Below the pieces are notes generated by a model. It did no database searches. It worked only from the letters and a program-made list of their open reading frames with translations, and had not been told where the DNA came from. From Candidatus Dormibacteria bacterium (GTDB lineage Bacteria > Chloroflexota > Dormibacteria > Aeolococcales > Bog-877), in assembly GCA_049518775.1 (NCBI GenBank), contig JBEKRL010000016.1, forward strand, positions 1 to 54,877: DNA of 54,877 nucleotides, read 5' to 3'. Of the stretch, positions 1 through 15,324 are shown in pieces; within the stretch, counting starts at the first letter, position 1; each line of letters starts with the position of its first letter. A program made the translations under genes and the position numbers.

Positions 1-2009
1 AGCGCCCGGACGGTGTCGGCTTCACCCCGGGTCTCGACCCCCTCCGCGATCAGCCGGGACCCCGTAGTCAAGGTGAAGTGACACATGGCGAGCACAACCG
101 CCTGACGGGCGGGATCACTGTCGATGCCCCGGATGAGACCGATGTCGAGCTTGACGAAATCCGGCCGCAGCTCCAGGATGTGGGCGAAGTTGGCGATCCC
201 GGATCCGGTGTCGTCGACCGCGGTACGGACCGGTCCGAGGCTGGAGAGCGCCTCCTTGAAGGCACGGTAGTCGGTGATCACCTCGTGCTCGGTGATCTCC
301 AGCACCAGGGGGCGGTTGGCCTTGACCAGGATCTCCCTGAGCGGCCCGACGTTATCCAGCAGCCGCGGTGACACGTTGACGTTCAGCCAGCGACCCTCGG
401 GCAGCTGACCCTGCAGGGCGATTGCGTCCGACAGCATCGCCAGCTCGAGCTCGGGCCCGATGCCAGCGCTCCAGGCGGCCGCGAGGCGAATGTCGGGACG
501 CTCGCCATCGAGGAACCTGGTGAGCGCCTCGTAGCCCAAGACCTCGCCGCTGGCGAGGTCCACGATCGGCTGGAACACGGGGGTGTAGGCGTGGGTATGG
601 ATGAGCTTCCCAAGATCGATGCGCCGCCGGGAGGCGACTCTCTCAACCTGGAGGTCGAGGGCGAGCAGGGCGCTGGCGGTAACCCCGAACCGGGCGACTG
701 TCGGGAGATGGGCCAAGATTGCGTCTTCGCCGGCGGCGTGGGTGGTACCCACCGCCAGCACCCCCAAGACGCTGGGACCGTAATGGATCGGCGCGTAGAC
801 AGACGACTGCATCCCGGCGGTGGTCATCTCCCTGCCATAGAGGCCGTCCTGGCTCCGCTGTAGCCAGCGCTCCGCCCAGGGCCCGAGGCGCGCCCGCTGA
901 ATCAGGTAGCTGGCCCTCGACGGAGGGAACCGGGTGCCGGCGGAGAGGAAGAAGTTGTCCGGGCCGTCGATACCCAGGACGGTGGCGTCCCGGTCGCTGT
1001 CGAACACGATCACGGCGGAGACGTCGACACCGCTCAGGCTCCGCAGTTCCCGGCAGATGGCAAGGGCCGTGGCGGCGGTGGTGCCACCCTGCTCCAGCCT
1101 GCCGATCGCCGCGTCCACGCCAAGTCGCTCTTCCAGCTCGCGCTCCAGGAGCGTGTGGAGGGCGTGCTCCTCGGTCACATCATGGCCCAGGACCGCCGCC
1201 TGACCGGGCTCGCCGAGCGTGGCCGCAAGCAGGGTGGCGCTGATCGCGACGAGACGGTCTACCCCGGACCGGGTCACGATCTTGGCGATCAGCGGATGCT
1301 GCAGGCTGGTGCCCCGAAGCCTCAGGGCCAGCTCGACCGTGTCGTGGCCCCGGGTGCCGGCGGACAGAAGCTCATAGACCGAGCACCCGACCAGCTCGTC
1401 GGTGGACCACCCGGTGAGCGCGCTCAGGGCCGGGTTGGCGTAGGTGATCTTGCCGTCGAGGTCAATGGTCGCGGCGAACAGGTCCATGCCAGACAGCATC
1501 TGGGCGAGGTGGACCTTGGCCTGAACCTCCTGGCTCGTGTCGCGGAGGACGCCGAGGATCCGCCCGTCGTCGAGCCGGCGCTGGTGAAGTTCAAGGTCCA
1601 CGATGGAGCCATCCTTGCGCTGACACTTGGCCTCCAAGCCCTGCGTGGTGTCGGTGCTGACAGCGGAGGATTGGGCTCCCGCCTCGACCCGGCCCGGCTC
1701 TGGAAACAGGTCGAGGAGCCCCATTCCCAGCAGCTCCTCTTGGGAGTAGCCGGTCAGTGTGGAGGCGGCAGTGTTGGTGTCGAGGATGCGGAGCGAACTG
1801 TTGCTCAGGACCAGAATCCCGGCGGGGGTCTGCTCGGGCAGCTTGCTATGGCGGGGGTCGGGCGCCTTGAGGACGGCGGCGCCGACCCGCGGTCCGGCGC
1901 GCCGGACCGCCGCCCTCCGACGGGGTGTCGCCACGCCGCCTCCTGCGACGACTGCGGACCGCACTCCATCCGGGGGGGGGCCCTGTGGGCGCGTGCTGGC
2001 CCGCTCCAT
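1..2009 (-). CDS. PAS-PAS-GAF-EAL c-di-GMP phosphodiesterase (3' end runs off window)
   Basis: Manual minus-strand translation: two PAS-like units (ILDTNTAASTLTGYSQEELLG..RKDGS; ITYANPALSALTGWSTDELVG), a GAF-like segment (YAPIHYGPSVLGVLAVG), then an EAL domain (FQPIVDLASGEVLGYEALTRF, NVNVSP, LEITEHE, DDTGSG, FVKLD, IAEGVET). ATG 2009 is one possible start. Confidence 0.9.
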   Translation of the reverse strand, partial: MERASTRPQGPPPDGVRSAVVAGGGVATPRRRAAVRRAGPRVGAAVLKAPDPRHSKLPEQTPAGILVLSNSSLRILDTNTAASTLTGYSQEELLGMGLLDLFPEPGRVEAGAQSSAVSTDTTQGLEAKCQRKDGSIVDLELHQRRLDDGRILGVLRDTSQEVQAKVHLAQMLSGMDLFAATIDLDGKITYANPALSALTGWSTDELVGCSVYELLSAGTRGHDTVELALRLRGTSLQHPLIAKIVTRSGVDRLVAISATLLAATLGEPGQAAVLGHDVTEEHALHTLLERELEERLGVDAAIGRLEQGGTTAATALAICRELRSLSGVDVSAVIVFDSDRDATVLGIDGPDNFFLSAGTRFPPSRASYLIQRARLGPWAERWLQRSQDGLYGREMTTAGMQSSVYAPIHYGPSVLGVLAVGTTHAAGEDAILAHLPTVARFGVTASALLALDLQVERVASRRRIDLGKLIHTHAYTPVFQPIVDLASGEVLGYEALTRFLDGERPDIRLAAAWSAGIGPELELAMLSDAIALQGQLPEGRWLNVNVSPRLLDNVGPLREILVKANRPLVLEITEHEVITDYRAFKEALSSLGPVRTAVDDTGSGIANFAHILELRPDFVKLDIGLIRGIDSDPARQAVVLAMCHFTLTTGSRLIAEGVETRGEADTVRA

Positions 2010-2851
2010 GGGACCAAAGTAGACCGTGGAGGTCAAGATCTGGTCGCCATGGGGTTACGAAAGACCGTGAGGCCGGGAACGGCCAGGGGCGAGCCAGCAG
2101 GCGGTCTGAAGGGCCGGTTCGACAAACAGGGGGGGCGACTGCCTCCTTGCGGCCCGAGCCTGGTTCAGCCCAGCTCGGCTAGGGGTCGGCCAGCCGACAT
2201 GGGCGCCGTGGACTTTGGCTCGGCTCCACCGGTCTCTGGGGCGTCGCAGTTGATTTGGAACTGCTTCGCACGAGATCCACTGTGCCACCGAGATGGTGGG
2301 CCGCGCCGCCGATGGTCAGCTGGGCGCAGGGTGCGGGCCGGTTGAGGTATCGATCGGCCCAGATGCATCCTCTTCAAGCCAGCGTTGGACGGGGACGACG
2401 CCATCAGGTTGGGCTGGTGACCGGTGCCCCGGGGCGACCCGGCGGACCCTCGCCGAACCACAGAGTCGTCAGCGCCGGAGGGGTGAGGACGCTCGGTGCC
2501 GCCACCCGCCTTGTCGCCGCTCTCTGGGGACGGCGGATGCGCCCGCAGCGCAGCGGTGGTCAAGCACCAGGTCCGGCATCGGTGCCAGCACAGAGATGCT
2601 CAGGGTCTCTTCGACGGACCCGAGCCAGCGGTTAGGTTCTCCCGGTGGCGCCCGGGCATCGCGAACCGCGGCCAGGACGAGGGTGAAAGTGGTGGCGCTC
2701 CAGGACGCGTCCAACAACCTGCCGGCTCTAGGGGGTGGCCGCGGGAGCGGGTGGGGACGGCGGCACCCGGACGGCCGCCACGGGGAGCGCCGCCGAGGGG
2801 CTCTCAGGTCGCGTCCAGCTGACTCCCAGGTCGGTCTGCGAAACTGGCTGC

Positions 2852-3412
2852 ATGGGATCCGGTGTCGAGTTGGGTGGGACTACCGGCACGGCCCCGCCCG
2901 GGACCCGTGAAGCGGGCTCTGTGGCTGAGGAGGGTCACCTCTTCCCCGGGACCCCGGCCTGGCTGTGGTCCTGGTTGAGGGAGCGGCCCCGGCTCAACCG
3001 GCTGCTGCGCTATGCCGCGACGTCGGGGGTGGCGACCCTGGTCAGCGAAGTGACCCTGGTAGGCCTCTACGCGGGGCGCCTCCTGGGCGCCTCGGGCTCT
3101 TCGATCGTCGCCAACGTGGCCGGGGCGGTGCCCTCCTACCTGCTGAGCAGGTATTGGATCTGGCCCGAGGCGGAGCGGACCGGGGCTGCCCGTCAGGTCA
3201 CCCTCTACTGGGTGACCTCGGTGGTGAGCCTGGTGGTCTCGACCGCCGGCACCAGCCTGGCCGCCGCCCATGCCCCGGCGGGACACACCGCTCACACGAT
3301 CGTGGTCGGAACCTCCTACATCGGCACCTATGCCCTGCTCTGGGTGGCCAAGTACCTCGTCTACCAGCGGGTGATCTTCAGCCGCCGAGCGGAGGCTGGC
3401 TCCGGGGCCTGA
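2852..3412 (+). CDS. GtrA-family membrane protein
   Basis: RLLRYAATSGVATLVS..SSIVANVAGAVPSYLLSRYWIW..KYLVYQRVIF: GtrA-type pattern with four hydrophobic segments. Start uncertain. Confidence 0.8.
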   Translation: MGSGVELGGTTGTAPPGTREAGSVAEEGHLFPGTPAWLWSWLRERPRLNRLLRYAATSGVATLVSEVTLVGLYAGRLLGASGSSIVANVAGAVPSYLLSRYWIWPEAERTGAARQVTLYWVTSVVSLVVSTAGTSLAAAHAPAGHTAHTIVVGTSYIGTYALLWVAKYLVYQRVIFSRRAEAGSGA

Positions 3413-3562
3413 GCCGCGGCTGCCTCCGCGGAAGGCCGGTCACCAGAGGAGCGACCGTCGGCGGGCCCTCACGGTCGCGGCCCGGAGCTCGATCCGGCTC
3501 CGCCGGGGCGGGGGGACCGCCCGGCGGACGATGGGGTCCGGGGTGGGCTGGAGTACCCTGGT

Positions 3563-3591
3563 TTGACCGTCTGCCAGCCGCGGGCTATACT
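3563..3591 (+). promoter_or_regulatory. sigmaA/sigma70-type promoter for rpmG-trnW-secE-nusG
   Basis: TTGACC-17 nt-TATACT about 50 nt upstream of rpmG. Confidence 0.8.
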
Positions 3592-3638
3592 CAGCTCACC
3601 TCGGCTTGGCCGGGCGTTTTTGTCTGGAGACCTTGACA

Positions 3639-3791
3639 GTGCCCGCCACCATCGTCACCCTGCAGTGCGGCCAGTGCCGCGAGCGCAACTACACCACCCA
3701 GAAGAACAAGCGCAACGACCCTGACCGGCTCGAGCTGCGCAAGTACTGCCGTCGCTGCCGCCAGCACACCGCGCATCGCGAGACCAAGTAG
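3639..3791 (+). CDS. rpmG: 50S ribosomal protein L33 (Zn-binding form)
   Basis: [46 protein letters not shown]; GGAG upstream of GTG 3639. Confidence 0.97.
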   Translation: MPATIVTLQCGQCRERNYTTQKNKRNDPDRLELRKYCRRCRQHTAHRETK

Positions 3792-3812
3792 GGCGGGGCG
3801 GCCGCAACTCGA

Positions 3813-3888
3813 AGGGGCGTAGCTCAGCTGGTAGAGCAGCGGTCTCCAAAACCGCAGGTCGCGCGTTCGAATCGTGCCGCCCCTGCCA
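3813..3888 (+). tRNA. trnW: tRNA-Trp (CCA)
   Basis: Acceptor AGGGGCG/CGCCCCT, D arm GCTC/GAGC, anticodon arm GCGGT-CTCCAAA-ACCGC, T loop TTCGAAT, encoded CCA end; usual rpmG-trnW-secE position. Confidence 0.98.
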
Positions 3889-3918
3889 ACATCTGGGATA
3901 GGCGCACAAGGAGCAGAT

Positions 3919-4224
3919 TTGGCGAATGCCGCCGGGGAGGACCGACCAGAGTCCAGCGAGGGCGGCTATCTGCGTGAGGTATGGAGCGAACTAAGGAAGA
4001 CGGTATGGCCGACCTGGCCGGAGTTGCGGCAGATGACCGGCGTGGTCATCGTCACGGTGGTGCTCTTGGGGGCGTTCCTGGGGCTCCTCGACTTCGGGCT
4101 GGCCTCTGCGCTCCGGCCCCTGTACACCACGGTCCCGGCCGCCACCGCCACGGCCACCCCGTCGGTGGTGGTCACCCCCAGCCCCTCCGCTACGGCGACG
4201 CCGTCTGCCAGCAGCAGCCCCTAG
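3919..4224 (+). CDS. secE: Preprotein translocase subunit SecE with T/P/S-rich C-terminal tail
   Basis: YLREVWSELRKTVWPTWPEL motif plus one TM segment; AAGGAG before TTG 3919. Confidence 0.95.
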   Translation: MANAAGEDRPESSEGGYLREVWSELRKTVWPTWPELRQMTGVVIVTVVLLGAFLGLLDFGLASALRPLYTTVPAATATATPSVVVTPSPSATATPSASSSP

Positions 4225-4255
4225 GCCTCAGACTGAAGTGATTGGGAGCCCCGAA

Positions 4256-4807
4256 GTGAGCGTGTCGAAAGCCACCGAGCAAGCCAACTGGTACGTGATC
4301 CACGCCTACTCTGGCCATGAGGAGAAGGTCAAGGCCAACCTCCTCAAGCGGGTCGAGTCGATGGATATGCACGATCAGATCTTCGACGTGATGGTCCCCA
4401 CTGAGGACGTCATCGAGATCAAGGACGGCCAGCGCCGCCATGTGGCCAAGCGGATCTTCCCGGGCTACATCCTGGTCCAGATGGTCATGTCGGACGAGTC
4501 CTGGTACGTCGTCCGGAACACCCCTGGGGTGACCAGCTTCGTGGGCTCGGGGACCCGTCCGGTCCCGCTCCAGGAGTCCGAGGTCCGTTCGATCCAGCAC
4601 CAGATCCACTCCGAGGCCCCGACCAAGGTCCAGGTGGAGTTCAAGGTGGGTGACTCGGTCCGGGTCGTCGACGGCCCCTTCACCGACTTCCACGGCAAGG
4701 TCGGCGAGATCAACGCCGACAAGGGCAAGCTCAAGGTGATGGTGAACATGTTCGGCCGGGAGACCCCGGTCGAGCTCGACCTGCTCCAGGTCGAGCGGCT
4801 GCGCTAG
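4256..4807 (+). CDS. nusG: Transcription factor NusG
   Basis: [36 protein letters not shown] domain, FGRETPVEL. Confidence 0.98.
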   Translation: MSVSKATEQANWYVIHAYSGHEEKVKANLLKRVESMDMHDQIFDVMVPTEDVIEIKDGQRRHVAKRIFPGYILVQMVMSDESWYVVRNTPGVTSFVGSGTRPVPLQESEVRSIQHQIHSEAPTKVQVEFKVGDSVRVVDGPFTDFHGKVGEINADKGKLKVMVNMFGRETPVELDLLQVERLR

Positions 4808-4818
4808 GAGTACTCCAA

Positions 4819-5247
4819 GTGGGCAAGAAGAAGATCAAGACGGTGCTGCGGCTCAACATCGAGGCCGGCAAGGCCACCCCGGGGTACCCGATCGGGCCGG
4901 CGTTGGGACAGCATCAGGTCAACATCATGGAGTTCTGCCGGTCCTACAACGAGAGGACCGAGTCCCAGAGTGGCCTGGTGATCCCCGCTGAGATCACCAT
5001 CTTCGAGGACCGCAGTTTCACCTTCGTCACCAAGACCCCGCCGACCTCGGACCTGATCAAGAAGGCCCTGGGGATCGAGAAGGGATCATCCAAGCCGCCC
5101 CAGGAGGAGGCTGGCCAGCTGAGCCGCGACCAGGCGCTGGCGATCGCCCAGACCAAGCTGCCCGACGTCAACGCCAGCGAGTTGGAGGCGGCGGTGCGGA
5201 TGGTGGAGGGAAGCGCCCGCTCGATGGGCGTCAAGGTAATCGGCTAG
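4819..5247 (+). CDS. rplK: 50S ribosomal protein L11
   Basis: [34 protein letters not shown]. Confidence 0.98.
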   Translation: MGKKKIKTVLRLNIEAGKATPGYPIGPALGQHQVNIMEFCRSYNERTESQSGLVIPAEITIFEDRSFTFVTKTPPTSDLIKKALGIEKGSSKPPQEEAGQLSRDQALAIAQTKLPDVNASELEAAVRMVEGSARSMGVKVIG

Positions 5248-5260
5248 CGGCAACCGAGCT

Positions 5261-5295
5261 GTGGGAGGACGCCGAGGGGCGCCCGCCAGAACCAC
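5261..5295 (+). promoter_or_regulatory. Putative L1-binding autoregulatory RNA site upstream of rplA
   Basis: GTGG-GAG-G...hairpin...AGAA-CCAC: GTGG/CCAC stem with a purine-rich internal loop resembling the L1 site of 23S rRNA, directly before the rplA RBS. Confidence 0.65.
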
Positions 5296-5310
5296 GGGAG
5301 GAGATTGCAG

Positions 5311-6021
5311 ATGGCAGTACGACACGGCAAGCGCTACCTGGCCGCCCAGAAGCTTCTCGAGGACAAGCAGCTGGTCGACCCCCGGGAGGGGGTTCGACTG
5401 GTGCGCGAGGTCAACATCTCCAAGTTCCCCGGAACTGTGGAGCTCCACGTCCGCCTCGGGGTCGACCCCCGCCACGCCGACCAGATGGTCCGCAGCAGCG
5501 TGGTCCTGCCCCATGGCACCGGCAAGGTTCGCCGGATCATCGTCTTCGCCCAGGGTGAGAAGGAGCGCGAGGCCCGCGAGGCCGGCGCCGAGATCATCGG
5601 GGCTGAGGATCTGGTCAAACGGATCCAGGAGGGGTTCCTGGACTTCGATGTGGCACTGGCCACCCCCGACCTGATGGGCTCGGTGGGTAAGCTGGGCAAG
5701 GTTCTGGGTCCCCGAGGCCTGATGCCCAACCCCAAGGCGGGCACGGTCACCTTCGACATCGCCAGGGCGATTCGGGAGGTCCAGGCGGGTCGGGTCGAGT
5801 TCCGGGTCGACCGCTACGGCATTGTCCACGTTCCGGTGGGCAAGACCAACTTCGAGGAGGGTGCCCTCTTCGAGAACCTTTCCGCCATGCTGGAGGCGAT
5901 CGTCAAGGCCAAGCCCTCGGCCGCCAAGGGCGTGTACATCCGAGCCGCCTTCCTGGCCCCCTCGATGGGCCCCAGTGTCAGGCTCGACCCGGTGCTGGCG
6001 GCCCGGCTCACGGCCGCGTAG
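5311..6021 (+). CDS. rplA: 50S ribosomal protein L1
   Basis: [36 protein letters not shown]. Confidence 0.98.
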   Translation: MAVRHGKRYLAAQKLLEDKQLVDPREGVRLVREVNISKFPGTVELHVRLGVDPRHADQMVRSSVVLPHGTGKVRRIIVFAQGEKEREAREAGAEIIGAEDLVKRIQEGFLDFDVALATPDLMGSVGKLGKVLGPRGLMPNPKAGTVTFDIARAIREVQAGRVEFRVDRYGIVHVPVGKTNFEEGALFENLSAMLEAIVKAKPSAAKGVYIRAAFLAPSMGPSVRLDPVLAARLTAA

Positions 6022-6080
6022 CCGGGGGAGGGCAGCCGGTATACTCCATCGCCGTCAGGAACAACACGGTTCCAGGGCGC

Positions 6081-6128
6081 CCAAGACCGCGGGGGCAGGC
6101 TCTGCTCAAACCCGAGCCCCGCGCAGGT
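6081..6128 (+). promoter_or_regulatory. L10 leader (L10-L7/L12 autoregulatory RNA)
   Basis: AAGAC-CGCGGGG...CCCCGCG-CAGG in the rplA-rplJ spacer matches the typical L10-leader core; a TATACT -10 box lies at 6040-6045. Confidence 0.75.
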
Positions 6129-6208
6129 GACCGATTGGCAGACCGTCTCGGGCGGCTGCCAGCCACCACCTGGCCTGGGCTCCCATGAGGCCGGGAGGTA
6201 GAGGACAG

Positions 6209-6769
6209 ATGACCGACGAGGGCCGTCACGGGGCGGCGGCGATCCCGCAGGCCAAGCAGAGCGCAGTCGCCGAGCTCGCCGAGAAGCTAGGCCGGATGCG
6301 CAGTGCCGTGCTGACCGACTACCGGGGGCTGTCAGTGGCCCAGTTGGAGACGCTCCGGGCGTCTCTGCGGGCCGCCGGGGTGGAGTACCTGGTGCTCAAG
6401 AACACGCTGGCCCGGCGAGCTGGCGAGCAGGCCGGATTTGGGGAGTTCAATCCCCAGCTGGTGGGGCCGACCGCCATCGCTATCAGCTACGAGGATGTCT
6501 CGGCTCCAGCCCGTCTCCTCATCGAGTACGCGCGGGTCAACCGGCGCGCCGAGATGGTCCGAGGAGGAATCGCAGAGGGCCAGATCCTGACCCCGTCCGA
6601 GGTCAGACGGCTGGCCGACCTGCCCTCCCGTGAGGTCCTGGTGGCCCAACTCCTGGGAGTGCTGGAGGCGCCGCTGGCCCAGTTGGCCAGCCTGCTCGAG
6701 GCTCCTGGGCGCGCTCTGGTGGGACTGCTGGAGGCTCAGGCGGAGGCTCTGGGCGGAGCCGTGACGTGA
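6209..6769 (+). CDS. rplJ: 50S ribosomal protein L10
   Basis: [31 protein letters not shown]. Confidence 0.97.
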   Translation: MTDEGRHGAAAIPQAKQSAVAELAEKLGRMRSAVLTDYRGLSVAQLETLRASLRAAGVEYLVLKNTLARRAGEQAGFGEFNPQLVGPTAIAISYEDVSAPARLLIEYARVNRRAEMVRGGIAEGQILTPSEVRRLADLPSREVLVAQLLGVLEAPLAQLASLLEAPGRALVGLLEAQAEALGGAVT

Positions 6770-6818
6770 AGTGGTCGAGGTCAGCAGAGAAGGTACTGGG
6801 ACGAAGGGAGAAGCAGTC

Positions 6819-7202
6819 ATGGCCAAGGTGAGCGTGGAGGACTTCGTGGAGTCGCTGGGTTCGTGGACCGTCCTCGACCTGGTCAAAGCCAAGGAGGCGA
6901 TCGAGGAGAAGTACGGGATCACGGCCGCGGCGCCGATGGCGGTGGCAGCAGCCGCGGCTCCGGCGGCGGGCGAGGCCGTGGCGGAGGAGCAGACCGAGTT
7001 CTCGGTCGTTCTGACCGCTGCGGGCGATCAGAAGATCGCCGCCATCAAGGCGGTCCGAGAGATCACCGGGCTGGGGCTGAAGGAGGCCAAGGACCTGGTC
7101 GACGCGGCTCCCAAGGCGGTCAAGGAGGCGGTCTCCCGCGAGGAGGCCGAGACGGTGGCCAAGAAGCTCCAGGAGGCTGGCGCCACAGCTGAAATCAAGT
7201 AG
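6819..7202 (+). CDS. rplL: 50S ribosomal protein L7/L12
   Basis: [28 protein letters not shown]. Confidence 0.98.
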   Translation: MAKVSVEDFVESLGSWTVLDLVKAKEAIEEKYGITAAAPMAVAAAAAPAAGEAVAEEQTEFSVVLTAAGDQKIAAIKAVREITGLGLKEAKDLVDAAPKAVKEAVSREEAETVAKKLQEAGATAEIK

Positions 7203-7265
7203 TGCCTGCGACGCCCCCTAAGGGGCCCGGGCGGCCTCGGCTCGCCCGCGAACGACGGCCGCACA

Positions 7266-7276
7266 TGTGGTAGGAT
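7266..7276 (+). promoter_or_regulatory. Extended -10 promoter candidate for rpoBC
   Basis: TGTG-G-TAGGAT about 60 nt upstream of the rpoB ATG. Confidence 0.5.
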
Positions 7277-7337
7277 TGCTGTTCCGCCACCTGTGAAGTT
7301 CACCGAACGTCCTCGCTTGCCTGGAGAACTTTAGCCC

Positions 7338-10300
7338 ATGCCCCCTGTTCGTGCTGCCTTGCCTGCCGCGCCCGCACGCCTCAGCTACGGGACGATTCCC
7401 GAGGTGCTGGAGGTGGGAAACCTGATCGACACCCAGCTCAACTCCTTCCGCTGGTTTGTGGAGTCAGGCTTGCGCGAGCTCTTCGATGAGATCAACCCCA
7501 TCACCGACTACACGGGCAAGAACTACGAGCTGCGCTTTCTCGACTACAGCTTCGGTGAGCCCAAGTTCGACCAAGAGGAGTGTCGCAATCGCGACATGAC
7601 CTTTGCCGCGCCCCTGCGGATCATGACCCGGCTCCACATCAAGACGGGGGAGAACGCCGGGGAGATCAAGGAGTCAGAGGTCTATCTGGGCGACTTCCCC
7701 ATGATGACCGAGCAGGGCACCTTCCTGGTCAACGGGACCGAGCGGGTGGTGGTCAGCCAGCTGGTGCGGTCGCCGGGGGTCTACTTCACCGCCGGCCCCG
7801 AGCATCCGGTCACCGGCCGTCCGCTCTACGCGGTCAAGTTCATCCCCAATCGGGGCGCCTGGCTGGAGATCGAGACCTCCAACAAGGACGTGCTCACCGC
7901 CAAGATCGACCGCAAGCGCAAGTTCCAGGCCACCACCCTGATCCGCGCGCTGGGCTATCCCAGTGACGATGACATCCGCCACTTCTTCCGCGACGTGGAA
8001 ACTGACCCTGAGCACCGCTACGTGGACGCCACCCTGGAGAAGGACCCCAGCCACGACGTCAACGAGGCCCTGATCGAGCTGTACCGGAAGATCCGCCCCG
8101 GGGACCCGCCCACGGTCGAGAACGCCCGCAACCTGCTCCAAGCGCTCTTCTTCAACCCCCGCCGCTTCGATCTGGGCAGGGTGGGGCGGTTCAAGCTGGA
8201 CAAGCGGCTCGGCATCCCCGAGGCGGAAGCCCGGCGCCGCGCCGAGGAGCGGGAGCTGCGGGTGCTCGCCCACGAGGACTTCATCAACATCATGCGGCGG
8301 CTGATCCAGCTCAACAACGGTGAGGGCGAGCCTGACGACATCGACCACCTGGGCAACCGCCGGGTCCGAGCGGTGGGGGAGCTGCTCCAGAACCAGTTCC
8401 GCACCGGCCTGCTGCGGATGGAACGGATCATCAAGGAGCGGATGACGATCTGCGATGCCACCACCGTCACCGCAGCCTCGCTGATCAACGCCCGCCCGGT
8501 GGTGGCGGCGATCAAGGAGTTCTTCGGCTCCAGCCAGCTCTCCCAGTTCATGGACCAGACCAACCCGCTCTCGGAGCTGACCCACAAGCGCCGCCTCTCG
8601 GCGCTGGGGCCGGGCGGGCTCTCCCGGGAGCGGGCCGGGATGGTGGTGCGGGACGTCCACCACAGTCACTACGGGCGGATCTGCCCGATCGAGACCCCTG
8701 AGGGCCCCAACATCGGACTGATGGGCTCGCTGGCCACCTTCGCCAGGGTCAACGACTTCGGTTTCATCGAGACCCCGCTCCGGCGGGTCTATCGCCGCCT
8801 CGAGGTGGGCCGCGACCGGGCGCTCCTGGAGGGCCGGCTGCTCGCGGAGGCCGCCGGGGGCGTGGCGGCAGGGACCCGGCTGGGCGCTGCCGCGGTCAAC
8901 GAGCTGGAGCGGGCCGGGGTCGAGGCGGTGGAGGTCGTTCCCTGGGTCAGCTCCGAGATCCAGTTCCTCTCCGCCGACGAGGAGGACAAGTACACCGTCG
9001 CCCAGGCCAACGCGCCCGTCTCGCCGGAGGGGGAGTTCCTGGTCGAGCACACTCCCGCCCGGACTCGGCACACCTTCAAGGACGTGCCGGTGACCGATGT
9101 GGACTGGGTCGACGTCTCCCCCAAGCAGACCGTCTCGGTGGCGACCGCGATGATCCCCTTCCTGGAGCACGACGACGCCAACCGCGCCCTGATGGGCTCC
9201 AACATGCAGCGCCAGGCGGTGCCGCTGATCTCCACCGACTCCCCCGTGGTGGGGACGGGCATGGAGGTCTACGCCGCCAAAGACAGCGGTGAGCTGATCG
9301 TGGCCAAGAGCGCCGGCACCGTGGTGGGTGTCAACGTTCCCCTGCGGGACATCTCCTCAGATTCCGTTCAGATCGTTCGCAGCGGACAGGACAGCGGGCT
9401 GGGCATCCTCTTCAAGCCAGACGGCAAGGGCCCCGAGGTCTGGTATGGGGTCCACAAGTTCGTCCGGAGCAACCAGGGGACCTGCCTCAGCCAGCGGGTG
9501 GTGGTGAACCCGGGGGATCACGTCGAGGCCGGCACAGTGCTGGCGGACGGTCCGTCCACTGACCACGGGGAGCTGGCCCTGGGCCGGAACGTCCTGGTGG
9601 CGTTCATGCCCTGGGAGGGCTACAACTACGAGGACGCCATCCTCATCAGCGAGTCGGTTGTCCGCGAGGACACCTACACCTCGATCCACATCGAGGAGTT
9701 CGAGGTGGAGGTCCGCGAGACCAAGCTCGGGCCCGAGGAGGTGACCCGGGAGCTCCCCAACGTGGCGGAGGAGAGTCTGCGCAACCTGGATGAGCGCGGG
9801 ATCGTCTACATCGGGGCCGAGGTGGCGCCGGGCGACATCCTGGTGGGCAAGACCACGCCCAAGGGAGAGTCCGAGCTCTCCGCTGAGGAGCGGCTGCTGC
9901 GAGCCATCTTCGGGGAGAAGGCCAAGGAGGTCCGGGACAGCTCGCTCCGGGTGCCCCATGGCGAGCGCGGCGTGGTGGTCGACGTGAAGCAGTTCAGTCG
10001 GTCCAACCGGGACGAGCTCCCCGCCGGGGTGAACGAGCTGATCCGGATCCACGTGGCCCAGAAGCGCAAGATCAGCCAGGGCGACAAGATGGCCGGCCGC
10101 CACGGCAACAAGGGGGTGGTCGCCAGGATCCTGCCCATCGAGGACCTGCCCTTCCTTCCCGACGGCACCCCGGTGGAGATCGTGCTCAACCCTCTGGGGG
10201 TCCCCAGCCGGATGAATCTGGGCCAGGTCCTGGAGACCCACCTGGGCTGGGCCGCTGCCGCCCTTGGCATCAAGGTCGCGACCCCGGTCTTCGACGGGGC

Positions 10301-10868
10301 TTCCGAGTCCCAGATCGAGGACGAGCTGGAGCGGGCGGGACTGCCGCGCAGCGGCAAGGTGATGCTCCGCGACGGCCGGTCCGGCGAGGCCTTCGACCAG
10401 CCGATCACGGTGGGGATCATCTACATGATGAAGCTGGCCCATCTGGTCGAGGACAAGATCCACGCCCGGAGCACCGGCCCCTACAGCCTGGTCACCCAGC
10501 AGCCGCTGGGGGGCAAAGCCCAGTTCGGCGGGCAGCGCTTCGGAGAGATGGAGGTTTGGGCCCTGGAAGCCTACGGGGCCAGCCACATCCTCCAGGAGAT
10601 CCTGACCATCAAGTCGGACGACATCGTGGGCCGGGTCAAGGCCTATGAGGCGATCGTCAAGGGAGACAACACTCTCGACGCTGGCATTCCCGAGTCGTTC
10701 CGGGTCTTGGTCAAGGAGCTCGAAGGGCTCGCCCTCGGAGTGGAGATCATGTCCGAGAACGAGGAGCAGATCGTGTTCACGGAGGATGACATGCCCGACA
10801 TGCCATTGGGCCTGGGAATCAACCTGGAGCGCGACGAGCGTGACGATGCCGAGGACACCGGCAGGTAA
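7338..10868 (+). CDS. rpoB: RNA polymerase beta subunit
   Basis: [58 protein letters not shown]. Confidence 0.99.
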   Translation: MPPVRAALPAAPARLSYGTIPEVLEVGNLIDTQLNSFRWFVESGLRELFDEINPITDYTGKNYELRFLDYSFGEPKFDQEECRNRDMTFAAPLRIMTRLHIKTGENAGEIKESEVYLGDFPMMTEQGTFLVNGTERVVVSQLVRSPGVYFTAGPEHPVTGRPLYAVKFIPNRGAWLEIETSNKDVLTAKIDRKRKFQATTLIRALGYPSDDDIRHFFRDVETDPEHRYVDATLEKDPSHDVNEALIELYRKIRPGDPPTVENARNLLQALFFNPRRFDLGRVGRFKLDKRLGIPEAEARRRAEERELRVLAHEDFINIMRRLIQLNNGEGEPDDIDHLGNRRVRAVGELLQNQFRTGLLRMERIIKERMTICDATTVTAASLINARPVVAAIKEFFGSSQLSQFMDQTNPLSELTHKRRLSALGPGGLSRERAGMVVRDVHHSHYGRICPIETPEGPNIGLMGSLATFARVNDFGFIETPLRRVYRRLEVGRDRALLEGRLLAEAAGGVAAGTRLGAAAVNELERAGVEAVEVVPWVSSEIQFLSADEEDKYTVAQANAPVSPEGEFLVEHTPARTRHTFKDVPVTDVDWVDVSPKQTVSVATAMIPFLEHDDANRALMGSNMQRQAVPLISTDSPVVGTGMEVYAAKDSGELIVAKSAGTVVGVNVPLRDISSDSVQIVRSGQDSGLGILFKPDGKGPEVWYGVHKFVRSNQGTCLSQRVVVNPGDHVEAGTVLADGPSTDHGELALGRNVLVAFMPWEGYNYEDAILISESVVREDTYTSIHIEEFEVEVRETKLGPEEVTRELPNVAEESLRNLDERGIVYIGAEVAPGDILVGKTTPKGESELSAEERLLRAIFGEKAKEVRDSSLRVPHGERGVVVDVKQFSRSNRDELPAGVNELIRIHVAQKRKISQGDKMAGRHGNKGVVARILPIEDLPFLPDGTPVEIVLNPLGVPSRMNLGQVLETHLGWAAAALGIKVATPVFDGASESQIEDELERAGLPRSGKVMLRDGRSGEAFDQPITVGIIYMMKLAHLVEDKIHARSTGPYSLVTQQPLGGKAQFGGQRFGEMEVWALEAYGASHILQEILTIKSDDIVGRVKAYEAIVKGDNTLDAGIPESFRVLVKELEGLALGVEIMSENEEQIVFTEDDMPDMPLGLGINLERDERDDAEDTGR

Positions 10869-10956
10869 GTGATCGCCAGCTCGACCTTCTCACCGGGGCC
10901 AGGACGGGTCCCCCGACCGACCCTCACCAACCGATTCGCCAGGAGGCGGACAAGCA

Positions 10957-15324
<4,368 letters not shown>

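Noticed and set aside
1155-2345. 396-aa plus-strand ORF
   Set aside because: Antisense shadow of the minus-strand PAS-GAF-EAL gene.
8520-8720. Rifampicin-resistance region of rpoB and streptomycin sites of rpsL
   Set aside because: Key residues (Q, D, H, S in the rpoB cluster; both lysines in S12) match the sensitive consensus.
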